NCBI GenBank assembly: GCA_002783405.1
Contig: PFGG01000074.1
Location: forward strand, 20,542 to 84,541
From: a bacterium (Candidatus Blackallbacteria) CG13_big_fil_rev_8_21_14_2_50_49_14
GTDB lineage: Bacteria; Cyanobacteriota; Sericytochromatia; UBA7694
DNA: 64,000 nucleotides
Direction of reading: 5' to 3'
Shown here: piece after piece, positions 33,009 to 42,702 of the stretch
Layout: the number at the start of each line of letters is the position of its first letter
Numbering within the stretch: the first letter of the stretch is position 1
Notes under the pieces: model-generated
What the model saw: the letters and a program-made list of their open reading frames with translations, nothing else
Databases searched by the model: none
What the model was told of the DNA's origin: nothing
Position numbers and translations under genes: made by a program

Positions 33009-34295
33009 ATGCGTAAAACACCGATTCATCTGGCTTTTCTGGTTTTATTTTCACTCAGCCTTTTGGTTTGCTTGGCCTCTGCCTTTGCAGAAGACAATAA
33101 ACCCAAGGTCGCCGTGGTGCAGTTTGAAAGCATTGGCGTTGAACCCTCCTTGGGCGCTGCGGCCAGTGAGATTCTCTCTACCCATCTGGCGAGCCGGGAA
33201 CAGGCGTTTCGGGTGGTTGAACGCACCCAATTGCAGAAAGCTATGAAGGAATTGGGCTATCAGAATACTGCGCTGGTTGATCCCGATTCGGCAGTGCAGA
33301 TTGGTAAGCACTTGGGGGCCCGTTATATTGTGGTGGGCAGTGTGACCCGTTTTGGTAAAAGTTATTCACTCAATGCCCGGATTGTCGAAGTGGAGACTGC
33401 CGAGGCCCGTTCGGTTGAACCTTTAATGGCTCCTGAGTTAAACCCTGCCACGGTGGTCCAATTGGGGCAACAAATCACCACCCGTCTCAATTTGCTGATC
33501 TCGCCCGTGGCTTTGCCTTCTTCTTTGCCCACTGTTCCGCCAACGCGTCCCCTTCAGCCCCTGGCTTCCCCCATGACCTCTCAATTGAGTCAGTTTGGGG
33601 CGTTGGTTTCGATCCCCGCAGGCCCTTTTTTACGTGGAGATCAACTCAATGAGGGGCAGGACGACGAGCGCCCGGCCCGCACGATTTATATCGACTCTTT
33701 TTCAATCATGGAGCATGAAGTAACCCAGTCTCAATACATGCGTTATCTTTTGGCGACAGGCCACAAGCCCCCCTTGCACTGTGATTATGGCAAACCCGTC
33801 TGGGACCCTGAAAAAAAAGCCAATTATCCCGTGATTTGCGTGAACTGGCAGGAAGCCCATGACTATTGTGCTTGGGCCGGTTTGCGTCTGCCCACAGAAG
33901 CTGAATGGGAAAAAGCTGCACGTGGTCCGCAGGGCCTGCGTTTTGCCTGGGGAAATGAAGCGCCAAACTGCGATAAAACAACCTTTTCAGGTTGTAAGGG
34001 AAGTTTGGGCGGATTGCATGCCGTCGGTGAGAAACCTTTGGGCAACAGTCCCTATGGTTTGCGTGATATGACAGGCAATGTTTGGGAATGGGTCAGCGAT
34101 TGGTATGATGATCATTATTACAGAAACAGCCCTGATCGCAACCCGCCTGGGCCGGGGGGGAAAGGCCAGAAGAGTACCAAAGTTCTGCGGGGAGGAAGTT
34201 TTGCCCATGATGAATTTGCGAACCGCGCCAGTAACCGCAGTGATTTACCCCCTGATTTTCGCAATTCCATGACGGGTTTTCGTTGCGCGCGTTAA
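33009..34295 (+). CDS. Secreted protein: CsgG/LpoB-like N-terminal domain + formylglycine-generating-enzyme (SUMF1) domain
   Basis: 'KVAVVQFESIG...RVVERTQLQKAMKELGYQ...ARYIVVGSVTRFG'. C-terminal 'VICVNWQEAHDYCAWAGLRLPTEAEWEKAARG', 'NVWEWVSDWY' and 'VLRGGSF'. Confidence 0.75.
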   Translation: MRKTPIHLAFLVLFSLSLLVCLASAFAEDNKPKVAVVQFESIGVEPSLGAAASEILSTHLASREQAFRVVERTQLQKAMKELGYQNTALVDPDSAVQIGKHLGARYIVVGSVTRFGKSYSLNARIVEVETAEARSVEPLMAPELNPATVVQLGQQITTRLNLLISPVALPSSLPTVPPTRPLQPLASPMTSQLSQFGALVSIPAGPFLRGDQLNEGQDDERPARTIYIDSFSIMEHEVTQSQYMRYLLATGHKPPLHCDYGKPVWDPEKKANYPVICVNWQEAHDYCAWAGLRLPTEAEWEKAARGPQGLRFAWGNEAPNCDKTTFSGCKGSLGGLHAVGEKPLGNSPYGLRDMTGNVWEWVSDWYDDHYYRNSPDRNPPGPGGKGQKSTKVLRGGSFAHDEFANRASNRSDLPPDFRNSMTGFRCAR

Positions 34296-34495
34296 AGACT
34301 TTCTCTTGCTTCTGTTTTTCATTCTGATCAAAGATCACAGGATCTTTTTGCTGCCTGTGCTAAAGTAAGCGTGAAAACAGTGTATTCAAGTTAAACAAGA
34401 GGATGGGTTAAACACATGTATCAGGATTTAGAGTGTTTGATTTCAGCGCCTGTGATTACCTCCGACGATATAGAGCGTTTGGTGGGTAGTTTGGA

Positions 34496-34705
34496 ATGCG
34501 AAGGGTAGCAATGCTTGAGTCTTCCCTGAGCCCCGAAGCCCAGGCCCGCCTGATGGCGATTGCGCGCCAGATTCGTGATGAAGTCTCTGACTTACCCGAT
34601 AGTCCGGATAAGCAGGCGAAAATTCAAGCCCGAATCCGTGAACTATATCAAGCGCAATTCCCTGAGGATTACGAGCGCATTAAACATTTGCTGCAGGGTT
34701 CCTAG
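34496..34705 (+). CDS. Small hypothetical protein
   Basis: 69-aa ORF only, with no family. The real start may be the internal 'MLESS'. Confidence 0.25.
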   Translation: MRRVAMLESSLSPEAQARLMAIARQIRDEVSDLPDSPDKQAKIQARIRELYQAQFPEDYERIKHLLQGS

Positions 34706-34850
34706 TTTTACAGGCCTATCTGAGGTCTGAATGGCCTCAATCTATTTCCCACTAAGCTTTATCATCGATTAATGTTTTTTTTCTTGCACAAAAATTTTTT
34801 GAGTCTGCATTCCAATGCTTATTTTTAAGGATTGGATTGTGTGCCTGAGA

Positions 34851-34887
34851 TCCTAAAAGCAAACCCCCTGGGTGAGAGCCCAGGGGG
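34851..34887 (-). terminator. Rho-independent terminator of the 177-aa Gly-zipper gene
   Basis: Perfect 9-bp stem CCCCCTGGG/CCCAGGGGG with a 6-nt loop. The minus-strand tail is UUUGCUUUU. Confidence 0.6.
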
Positions 34888-34906
34888 TAAAACAATTTTA
34901 TGCGGT

Positions 34907-35440
34907 TTATTTGCGTGAAGCAGTCATCGCGCCAGCCAGACCTCCGGCCGCTCCGGTTACGCCCCCGACAACTGCACCAAGAACGCCTACGGCTACTGCG
35001 TCTTTGATATTGCCGCTGGAGAGATTTTTACCTGCCAAAGCCAGGCCTCCAACCAGTGCGCCTACACCCGCACCTACAGCTGCGCCTTTGAGTTTGCTTT
35101 CTGTCGTATTGGCGGCAACGCCACCGGCTAAGCCGCCTGTCACAGCTCCTCCCATGGCACCAGCCAGAGCGAAGAGTTGTGCCCAGCCCTTGCCTTCACC
35201 ATGAGAACCCAAGGCCATCAGGGCCAAGGGGACACCAGCAGCCATCGCACCTCCGAGAGCGCCTGCGCCGGCACCTTTTAAGGTGGGAACCATGCCGCGT
35301 TTAAGTTCTGTGATATCGTTGCTGTCTTTGAGCAGGGCTTTGTTTTCTGTTACCGGAGCCGTTTGTTGAGGGGCGGCTTTGGGGGCTTGGACAGGGGTGT
35401 TTAAAAGGGGTGTGTTGGATACAGCAGTAATCGTTGACAT
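34907..35440 (-). CDS. Glycine-zipper-rich tail-anchored protein (unknown family)
   Basis: No signal peptide. P/Q/A-rich N-terminus, then about 120 residues of GxxxG/AxxxG repeats, ending 'GGVTGAAGGLAGAMTASRK'. Confidence 0.65.
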   Translation of the reverse strand: MSTITAVSNTPLLNTPVQAPKAAPQQTAPVTENKALLKDSNDITELKRGMVPTLKGAGAGALGGAMAAGVPLALMALGSHGEGKGWAQLFALAGAMGGAVTGGLAGGVAANTTESKLKGAAVGAGVGALVGGLALAGKNLSSGNIKDAVAVGVLGAVVGGVTGAAGGLAGAMTASRK

Positions 35441-35454
35441 GGTTCACTCTTTTC

Positions 35455-35465
35455 TTCACTTGAAT
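35455..35465 (-). promoter_or_regulatory. Leader element ATTCAAGTGAA (plus-strand TTCACTTGAAT), 16 nt upstream of the ATG
   Basis: The 11-mer is identical to one at 222-232. The CAAGTG core is shared with 12204 and 43768. Confidence 0.3.
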
Positions 35466-35682
35466 TAAATTTTATTTATAAACTAGATATAGATTGGTTA
35501 AATTTAATTTTGCTGAAAAAGATAAAGATAAGGTTAAGATTAGAAAAAATAATATTTAAAATTAAATTATTTAATATTTAATCTTTTGCGCGGAAGTGCT
35601 TGCTTCCAAGGTGTTTCCTTGATTTTTGATTTCTTTTTAAAGACTGTGAGTATCAAAAAGCATGGATTTTCTCTCGCTTCGC

Positions 35683-36903
35683 TCAGAACGGTGATTCGGT
35701 GGGTAAAGCGTGGGCTGTTTTCATGGCTTGAATCTCTGCAGCCTGATTCTGAATCCAGCTTAAAAAGTTTCCGAGCGTATTGATCTCTTCACTGCTGACG
35801 GCCATACCCGTGGGCAATACCATTACTTTCTCTGCAATGGCCTCTGTGACGGGCAGTTGCTTGCCTGCTTCAGGATAAAGCTGAAGATAGGGTTTGAGGC
35901 GGTGACAGCCCGGATAAAAATAGCGACGGGCAATTACATTTTCGGCATGGAGCAGCTCAACGACACTGTCCCGATGAAGCCCAAAACCTGCAGGATCGAG
36001 TTCCAAGACCAAATATTGAAAATTGCTGGTTTCAGGCAAGGGAAGCAGTTTCAAGCCTGGGATTCCTTGGGTTGCCTGTTTCAGGGCTTGGTAATTGCGT
36101 CGGTTTTGGGCGATAAAAGTCTGGGCATATCGCAACGAGCTGCGTCCTACGGTGGCACAGATTTCATTCATTTTGGCATTGATACCCAGCTCAACCACCT
36201 GATCATAATCGACAAAGCCAAAATTGCGCATCAAACGCAAGCGCTCTGCCAGGGCGGAATCTTGGGTGGTGATGATTCCCCCTTCGAGGCTGTTGACGAA
36301 CTTAGTTGCATGCAGACTGAAGACTTCGGCTTGGCCCAAGCCGCCGATCATGCGCCCCTTGTATTGGCAACCCAAGGCATGGGCTGCATCGAAGATCAAT
36401 TTGAGCTGGTATTTCTTTGCAAGGGCTTCTAGGGCTTCTACTTCGCAGGCCTGGCCCCAAAGATGCACGCCCAGAATCGCAGAGGTTTGGGGGGTAATCA
36501 AGCGCTCCACCGCCTGGGGATCGAGGGTATGGGTTTCAGGTAGAATATCGCAAAAGACAGGCTGAATTCCCAACCACTGCAGGGCATGTACTGTGGCGAC
36601 AAAGGTAAACGAGGGAACAATCACCTCGCCGTGCAGATCCAAAGCCTTAAAGAGCAGCTCCAGGCCCAGGGTTGCGTTGCTGACGGCTAAACAATGCTTG
36701 ACCCCCAGGGTATCTGCCAGTTCGGCTTCGAAAGCCTTGAGCTGGGGGCCGTCATTGGAGAGCCAGCGGCTTTCCAATACGGTTCGAATTTCGGCCAGAA
36801 TCTCTTCACTGGGAGCCAGATTGGGCCGTCCCACAAAGCGCTTTTCGTGGAACAGGGGGTCGCCTCCAAAAAGGGCAAGGTCGGACAGGGATTGCTTGAA
36901 CAT
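35683..36903 (-). CDS. DegT/DnrJ/EryC1/StrS-family PLP-dependent sugar aminotransferase
   Basis: 'CLAVSNATLGLELLFKAL', 'FDAAHALG' and the PLP-Lys region 'FSLHATKFVNSLEGG'. Confidence 0.8.
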   Translation of the reverse strand: MFKQSLSDLALFGGDPLFHEKRFVGRPNLAPSEEILAEIRTVLESRWLSNDGPQLKAFEAELADTLGVKHCLAVSNATLGLELLFKALDLHGEVIVPSFTFVATVHALQWLGIQPVFCDILPETHTLDPQAVERLITPQTSAILGVHLWGQACEVEALEALAKKYQLKLIFDAAHALGCQYKGRMIGGLGQAEVFSLHATKFVNSLEGGIITTQDSALAERLRLMRNFGFVDYDQVVELGINAKMNEICATVGRSSLRYAQTFIAQNRRNYQALKQATQGIPGLKLLPLPETSNFQYLVLELDPAGFGLHRDSVVELLHAENVIARRYFYPGCHRLKPYLQLYPEAGKQLPVTEAIAEKVMVLPTGMAVSSEEINTLGNFLSWIQNQAAEIQAMKTAHALPTESPF

Positions 36904-37096
36904 AGCTGCCTTTCTTGAACTTCAGGCCTCTAGCATAGCCTTAAGCCCTGCTGATTTCAAGTACCTGAAGGCTTGCCTTGCGCGTGCTTTTGAGAAAGTT
37001 TTTCAAACCCCAGCTAAGAACAGGGAGAGCAAGCGTTTCCGGCCTGAATTCTACATGCTATGCTAAATGCGAAGCATTGCTGAGAAAGGGTTTTTC

Positions 37097-37909
37097 ATGC
37101 GCAGATTTCAAACTGTTTTTTCAAGCCCCAAACCGATTATTGGCATGATCCATCTTTTGCCCCTGTTGGGAACGCCCGCCTACCAGAACAACCGCGAGCA
37201 GATTTTAGAAACGGCTCTGCAGGAGACCGAAACCTATCTCAAGGCAGGTATTGATGCTTTGATGATCGAAAATATGCATGATTTGCCCTATCTGAACCGT
37301 ACTGTGGGGCCTGAAATCGTGGCCATGATGGGAGTGATTGCCTACGAAATCAAAAAAAGGTCGGCCTTGCCCTGTGGGATTCAAATTCTAGCAGGGGCCA
37401 ATCAGGCCGCGTTGGGCGTGGCTGCTGCTGCCGGTTTGGATTTTATTCGGGCTGAGGGTTTTGTTTTTTCACATATTGCTGATGAGGGCCAGATGGATGC
37501 CTGTGCCGGTGAACTCTTGCGTTACCGCAGACAGATAGAGGCCCAGCAGATATTGGTTTTTACAGATATTAAAAAAAAGCACAGTTCACATGCCCTGACC
37601 CAGGATGTGGATATTGTCGAAACAGCCCAAGCCGCTGAATTTTTTCGCAGTGATGGGTTGATCATTACGGGTTCGGCCACGGGCAAACAGGCCAGTTTAA
37701 AAGAACTTGAAGCCGTAAAAGCTGCAGTACAATTGCCTGTCATGGTAGGCTCTGGCGTTGAACTCGACAATCTCGAAGCCTATTTGGCGATTGCGGATGC
37801 TTTGATCATTGGTTCGTATTTTAAAGCGGGCGGAGCCTGGCAAAACCCTGTGAGCTATGAGCGTACGGCCGCATTGATGGAAAAGGCTAGGCGCTATCGT
37901 TCTGCCTGA
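37097..37909 (+). CDS. btpA: BtpA/SgcQ-family protein
   Basis: 'IIGMIHLLPLLGTPAY' and 'DALMIENMHDLPY'. TIM-barrel-sized. Confidence 0.65.
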   Translation: MRRFQTVFSSPKPIIGMIHLLPLLGTPAYQNNREQILETALQETETYLKAGIDALMIENMHDLPYLNRTVGPEIVAMMGVIAYEIKKRSALPCGIQILAGANQAALGVAAAAGLDFIRAEGFVFSHIADEGQMDACAGELLRYRRQIEAQQILVFTDIKKKHSSHALTQDVDIVETAQAAEFFRSDGLIITGSATGKQASLKELEAVKAAVQLPVMVGSGVELDNLEAYLAIADALIIGSYFKAGGAWQNPVSYERTAALMEKARRYRSA

Positions 37910-37948
37910 CCCGATGGATCTGTTCTTTGAAAGGCAGGTTTGGCAAAA

Positions 37949-38278
37949 ATGACAAGTGCGATCTGTTATCAAAATAACCAGGTTTGGGGCAGCAATGGCT
38001 GTATTGAAGATATTTTGATCAAATTGATCAAATACAGCCCTGAAAACTCGCTGCTCTTGCAATGGTCATTGGAGCATTACCGTCTCTTTTTTTCTGGGAT
38101 CTGTTGTGATTTGAGTGAGATTTTAACCGATGCTGCCTCGATTTTAGAGTGGCAGGAAACGATTCAGCAGGCGCTTGACGATCTCAAGACCTCATCAGGT
38201 TGGACTGCCTTGGGCCTGCTCTGGATTGATGAAAACCGGGAAGCACTCTGTCGCATTGCAGAAGCCCCACCAACTTGA
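37949..38278 (+). CDS. Hypothetical protein
   Basis: ORF only, with ATG at 37949. No family recognised. Confidence 0.35.
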   Translation: MTSAICYQNNQVWGSNGCIEDILIKLIKYSPENSLLLQWSLEHYRLFFSGICCDLSEILTDAASILEWQETIQQALDDLKTSSGWTALGLLWIDENREALCRIAEAPPT

Positions 38279-38289
38279 GTTTGCTTGGA

Positions 38290-38523
38290 TTAAAAGCTCA
38301 ATTGCACAAGGGTTTGTTTTGATGCTTGAATCAGTTTGTATTTAGAATATCCAGATTCTAATTTGATAATACAATTTCTGATTGATTTGTTGCTGAAATT
38401 GAATGCGGGTAGAAATTCAAGCAGTGATTTTTCCTGGCTCATCTGAAAAAGTTTGAGATCATCCTTGGCTGTGAATTTTCTCAGGCGGATACGGGGCTGC
38501 GTGTTCTGCTTGCTCTTGGTCAT
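38290..38523 (-). CDS. Short GNAT-N-terminus-like protein (possibly truncated)
   Basis: 'RIRLRKFTAKDDLKLFQM' resembles the start of RimJ/RimL-type acetyltransferases, but the ORF is only 77 aa and its 3' half is AT-rich. ATGA-coupled to the methyltransferase gene. Confidence 0.3.
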   Translation of the reverse strand: MTKSKQNTQPRIRLRKFTAKDDLKLFQMSQEKSLLEFLPAFNFSNKSIRNCIIKLESGYSKYKLIQASKQTLVQLSF

Positions 38524-39173
38524 GGCTTTTGAGGGCTGGGTTTGAGGGCGTGAAGCGTACAGTGTGAGGCGGGTTCAGAAGGAACTTCCCGGCTGGAGAG
38601 GACTTCAAATCCAGCGCTGAGCAACTCGTTCTCAAGGGCTGTCTTGGAGACGATCTGGCGATAGGGATGGCCTGCCCGCATCTGGATTTCTTTCTCTGTA
38701 TCGCCGCAATGGCACAAACTGCTGACAAAAAAGAGGCAGTGCGGTTTCAGGGCCTGCAAAACATTTGCCAGAAAAACAGCGCGATCCTCGTCAATGATAC
38801 AGTGCAGACAATTGCCATCGACAATCAAATCATAGCTTTGCTCGGGCAAAACCCCTGCTTGCGAGAGATCTGCGACAGAATACTCAATCTTGAAACCTTC
38901 CGCCAAGGCTTTGGCTTGGGCCCATTCAATTGCACGCGCCGAGACATCTACCCCATGCACCTGATAGCCTCTTTGGCTCAACAAACGGCTGAAATGGCCT
39001 TCGCCACAGCCCAATTCAAGTACCCGCCCCGTTTGGGGAACCTGGGAATGGCTGAAAAGGCGTTCGAGCCAAAGATATTCCTTTGCCAGACGTTGTGCGC
39101 CTCCCCAGCCAGCTTGCCCTGTGGCAATGGTTTCAGCGTAGAGAGGATCGTAAATGGAATAATCGCCTTTCAT
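38520..39173 (-). CDS. Class I SAM-dependent methyltransferase
   Basis: Motif I 'VLELGCGEGHFS' and 'VHGVDVSARAIEWA'. The start at 39173 forms an ATGA overlap with the upstream gene. Confidence 0.8.
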   Translation of the reverse strand: MKGDYSIYDPLYAETIATGQAGWGGAQRLAKEYLWLERLFSHSQVPQTGRVLELGCGEGHFSRLLSQRGYQVHGVDVSARAIEWAQAKALAEGFKIEYSVADLSQAGVLPEQSYDLIVDGNCLHCIIDEDRAVFLANVLQALKPHCLFFVSSLCHCGDTEKEIQMRAGHPYRQIVSKTALENELLSAGFEVLSSREVPSEPASHCTLHALKPSPQKP

Positions 39174-39511
39174 GACTTGGTTTTGCGCTGAGTTGGTTTC
39201 TTGGGTTTGGGGGCAGGCAGTTCTTGGGTTGTGATCTGAATCAGTTGTCTGAGCCAAGCCGGATCTTTGAGTGGCTCTTGAATCAGAAAACAGGGTTTGG
39301 CACCGGGGTAGGGTGAACGTTCAATCGGGGTTTGAATAAAGGCGCGGCCTGCTTCTGTGGGCTTGACGAAAAGCTGGTTGTCGGCAAGCAGGGCCACAAT
39401 TTTCGCTTGGGCATAAAGGGCGTATTCCCCAAACATGGCTTTGGCTGAGAGTTCTGCTTGAAGGTCCAACTGTTTGAGCAGGGTTTCGAGCCAGGCTTTA
39501 TCGGTGGGCAT
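39170..39511 (-). CDS. TfoX/Sxy N-terminal-domain protein
   Basis: 'SAKAMFGEYALYAQAKIVALLADNQLFVK' is the TfoX_N signature. Confidence 0.6.
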   Translation of the reverse strand: MPTDKAWLETLLKQLDLQAELSAKAMFGEYALYAQAKIVALLADNQLFVKPTEAGRAFIQTPIERSPYPGAKPCFLIQEPLKDPAWLRQLIQITTQELPAPKPKKPTQRKTKS

Positions 39512-39651
39512 GTGCTTGCTCTTTTCAGGTTGATTTGCTCTTGCTATTCTAATCGAGACTGTGCAATTGGGCAATTCTTTGACGCTTACGTTATGCTGTG
39601 CAAAGCTTTGAGGAGTGCTTTCGGGGCAGGAGAGTGGAAAGGGGGGGCTGG

Positions 39652-41823
39652 GTGAAAAATCTGCATTATCGAAATTGCCATCTCTGTGAGGCGATGTGCG
39701 GTCTTGAAATTGAATATGAAGGCGAGCGGGTACTCTCCATTCGCGGAGATCAGGCGGATCCCTTCAGTCAGGGACATCTTTGCCCCAAGGCGGTGGCTAT
39801 CCAGGATATTCATACCGATTCGGATCGTGTGCGCGCCCCCCAGAAGAAAATCAAGGGGGCCTGGGTTGAGATCAGTTGGGATGAGGCTTTGGATACGGTG
39901 GCTACAAAACTCTCTCAGCTTCAAGAACGCTATGGTCCCGATTCTGTTGCGATTTATATGGGAAATCCGATGGCTCACAATTTTGGTGGGGTTTTGTATC
40001 TCAGCGCCTTGCATGAAGCCCTCAAAACCCGCAACAAATACTCGGCGACCTCTGTCGACCAGCTCCCGCATATGCTGGCGGGGTTCTTGATGTTTGGCCA
40101 CCAGCTGCTCATGCCGGTGCCCGATCTGGATCGCACAGATTTTTTTCTGAATATTGGGGGCAATCCCCTGGCTTCAAATGGCAGTATCATGACCGCACCC
40201 AATATTCGTAAACGTTTCAAAGCCTTGAAAGCACGCGGCGGCAAACTGGTTGTGATTGATCCCCGGCGAACAGAAACCAGTCAAATTGCCGATCAGCATC
40301 TGTTTATTTCGCCTGGGCGGGATGCGTTTCTGCTCTTGGCCATGCTCCATACTCTTTTTGCCGAAAATCTCGTCAAAAAAGAGTCTCCCCATGCCACTTC
40401 CCTGTTCGGGGGAGGTGAAATGCCGGGCTGGGTAGCTGATTTTCCCCCCGAGGCTGTGGCTGGGGTGACGGGGATTTCTGCTGAAGACATAAAAACCTTG
40501 GCACGGGATTTCTGCGCGGCCCGCTCTGCTGTCTGTTATGTTCGCTTTGGGGCCTGCACCCAGGCCTTTGGGGCTCTTGTGGTTTGGCTCAGCTATGTCT
40601 TGAATGGCATGACAGGGAATTTTGACCGGGCGGGTGGTTTGATGTTTACTTCACCGGCTGCCGATTTGGTGGGTGTTTCCAAACGTTTAGGAAAAGCAGG
40701 CAGCTTTGGCCGCTATTTTTCCCGCGTGCGCCACCTGCCTGAATTTGGGGGGGAGTTTCCTGTTTCCACCTTGGCTGACGAGATGGAGACACCGGGTCAA
40801 GCTCAGATTCGGGGGCTTTTGACCCTGGCGGGGAACCCTGTTTTATCAAGCCCCAATGGGGGGCGTCTGGAAAAAGCTTTGGAGCAGCTTGAGTTTATGG
40901 CTTCAATTGATCTCTATTGCAATGAAACCTCCTGCAAGGCAGATATTTTGCTGCCAGCCAGTTTTGCGCTTGAAGAGGATCATTTTGATTTGATTTTTAA
41001 TCTGCTCTCGGTAAGAAATACCCTGAAGTATTCCCCCGCCCTGTTTGAGCGGGTGGGAAATACCAAACCCGATTGGGAAATTATTTTTGAATTGGCCCAA
41101 CGTCTGCAAATCAAAAAAGGAGGCCTGGATTCCCTGTTCGCGCAGGCCATGCAGTTCTTGGGCAAAGGCCTCAAACCTGCGGCACTGGTAGACACAATGA
41201 TCCGTTTCGGGCGCTATGGGGATTGGTTTTTGCCTTTTTCGCAGGGGTTGAATCTTGCAAAACTCAAAGCGCATCCGCATGGACTGGATTTGGGAGCGCT
41301 TCAGCCTGCTTTGCCCGAGATTCTCTGCACGCCAGATCAAAAAATCAACTGGGCCCCCCGGGAATATCTTGCTGATCTCTCGCGGCTCAAACAGGATTTG
41401 AAGCGACCCGCTCCTGAATTTCTGTTGATTGGACGCAGACAGTTAAGAAGCAATAATTCCTGGATGCATAACAGTTTGAGACTGGTAAGGGGAAAAAATC
41501 CCTGTACGCTGCTGATGCATGCCCAGAATGCAGCAAATTTGGAGCTTGTTTCAGGGGATTGGGTCGAGGTCTGTTCTGCGACTGGGGCCCTTCAGGTTTC
41601 GGTTGAGGTGACGGATGCGATCATGCCTGGGGTGGTCAGTTTACCGCATGGCTGGGGACATGATCGCCAGGGCGTCCAATTGAAAATTGCCCGCGAGCAT
41701 GCCGGGGTTAGCCTCAACGATATAACCGAGCATTTGAGCATTGACGCGCTTTCTGGCAATGCCGCCCTCAATGGGGTGTCGGTCAAAATTCGCAAAATTG
41801 AGCCCGCTCAGCAAGATTCCTGA
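39652..41823 (+). CDS. Molybdopterin (bis-MGD) oxidoreductase with an N-terminal 4Fe-4S motif
   Basis: 'CHLCEAMCGLEIE...GHLCPKA' (CxxCxxxC...C), a long MopB core and a C-terminal 'VSLPHGWGH' barrel. GTG start at 39652 or 39598. Confidence 0.8.
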   Translation: MKNLHYRNCHLCEAMCGLEIEYEGERVLSIRGDQADPFSQGHLCPKAVAIQDIHTDSDRVRAPQKKIKGAWVEISWDEALDTVATKLSQLQERYGPDSVAIYMGNPMAHNFGGVLYLSALHEALKTRNKYSATSVDQLPHMLAGFLMFGHQLLMPVPDLDRTDFFLNIGGNPLASNGSIMTAPNIRKRFKALKARGGKLVVIDPRRTETSQIADQHLFISPGRDAFLLLAMLHTLFAENLVKKESPHATSLFGGGEMPGWVADFPPEAVAGVTGISAEDIKTLARDFCAARSAVCYVRFGACTQAFGALVVWLSYVLNGMTGNFDRAGGLMFTSPAADLVGVSKRLGKAGSFGRYFSRVRHLPEFGGEFPVSTLADEMETPGQAQIRGLLTLAGNPVLSSPNGGRLEKALEQLEFMASIDLYCNETSCKADILLPASFALEEDHFDLIFNLLSVRNTLKYSPALFERVGNTKPDWEIIFELAQRLQIKKGGLDSLFAQAMQFLGKGLKPAALVDTMIRFGRYGDWFLPFSQGLNLAKLKAHPHGLDLGALQPALPEILCTPDQKINWAPREYLADLSRLKQDLKRPAPEFLLIGRRQLRSNNSWMHNSLRLVRGKNPCTLLMHAQNAANLELVSGDWVEVCSATGALQVSVEVTDAIMPGVVSLPHGWGHDRQGVQLKIAREHAGVSLNDITEHLSIDALSGNAALNGVSVKIRKIEPAQQDS

Positions 41824-41900
41824 GTTTGCGGTGAACTTTTATTTCAATGCTTGAGCTTTGCCCCTCAAAATCGCTATGATAATCGCAGGAGGAAGCCCCC

Positions 41901-42587
41901 ATGTCTGAACCCTCATCTCTGACCATCACGCAAAAGCTGCGCCCTGGTTTGTTGCTGCCCTTTTCTTTGCTTGGGCTTTTCAGTGTGGCTTTGCTTTTTT
42001 TTAGAATTCGCTATACCGGCACCCCTTATTTTTCATTTTTGGTTTGGAATCTCTTTTTGGCCTTGATTCCCCTGGCGGTCAGTACGATCTTTCGCCTGGG
42101 AGAAAACCGCTTTCAGGGGCTGCCCTGGCTTGTTGCTGGCTTGGCGCTTTGGCTGCCTTTTTTTCCAAACGCGCCGTATATTATTACCGATCTGATTCAT
42201 CTGCGCTATCGCATGAATATGCCGGTCTGGTTTGATGCCTTGCTGATTCTTTCTTTTGCGCTCTGTGGGCTTTTGGCGGGTTTTCTCTCGCTTTGGGATT
42301 TTGAGCAGGCGATTGCCCGGCGTTGGGGGGCTTGGGCAGGGGTTGGCTTTTCAGGTCTGACCCTGTTTCTGGCTGGCGTGGGTATTTATCTTGGGCGTTT
42401 TCTGCGCTGGAACAGTTGGGATTTGCTTCACCATCCCCGCGCGGTGCTGACAGATACCCTGCAGCCCTTTTTTCAGCCGGGTGCGTTTTTGCCTGTTTTG
42501 GGCGTGATTGGTTTTATCTTCATGTTTCAAGCCTGTGTTTATCTCTGCTTCCGCCAGATGCTGCGTTTGCCCCACGAAACCATTTAA
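41901..42587 (+). CDS. DUF1361-like integral membrane protein
   Basis: 'WNLFLALIPL', 'PNAPYIITDLIHL' and 'RWNSWDL'. Confidence 0.5.
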   Translation: MSEPSSLTITQKLRPGLLLPFSLLGLFSVALLFFRIRYTGTPYFSFLVWNLFLALIPLAVSTIFRLGENRFQGLPWLVAGLALWLPFFPNAPYIITDLIHLRYRMNMPVWFDALLILSFALCGLLAGFLSLWDFEQAIARRWGAWAGVGFSGLTLFLAGVGIYLGRFLRWNSWDLLHHPRAVLTDTLQPFFQPGAFLPVLGVIGFIFMFQACVYLCFRQMLRLPHETI

Positions 42588-42702
42588 GCTGTTTCAGACC
42601 ATCGGCACTCATGCAATGGGTGCCGATTTTTTATTGCGATTTTCGATTCAGAGCCGTGGGGCTCTGTTAAAATCGAAAAAGAGTAAATCGCCAGGAGCCA
42701 CC

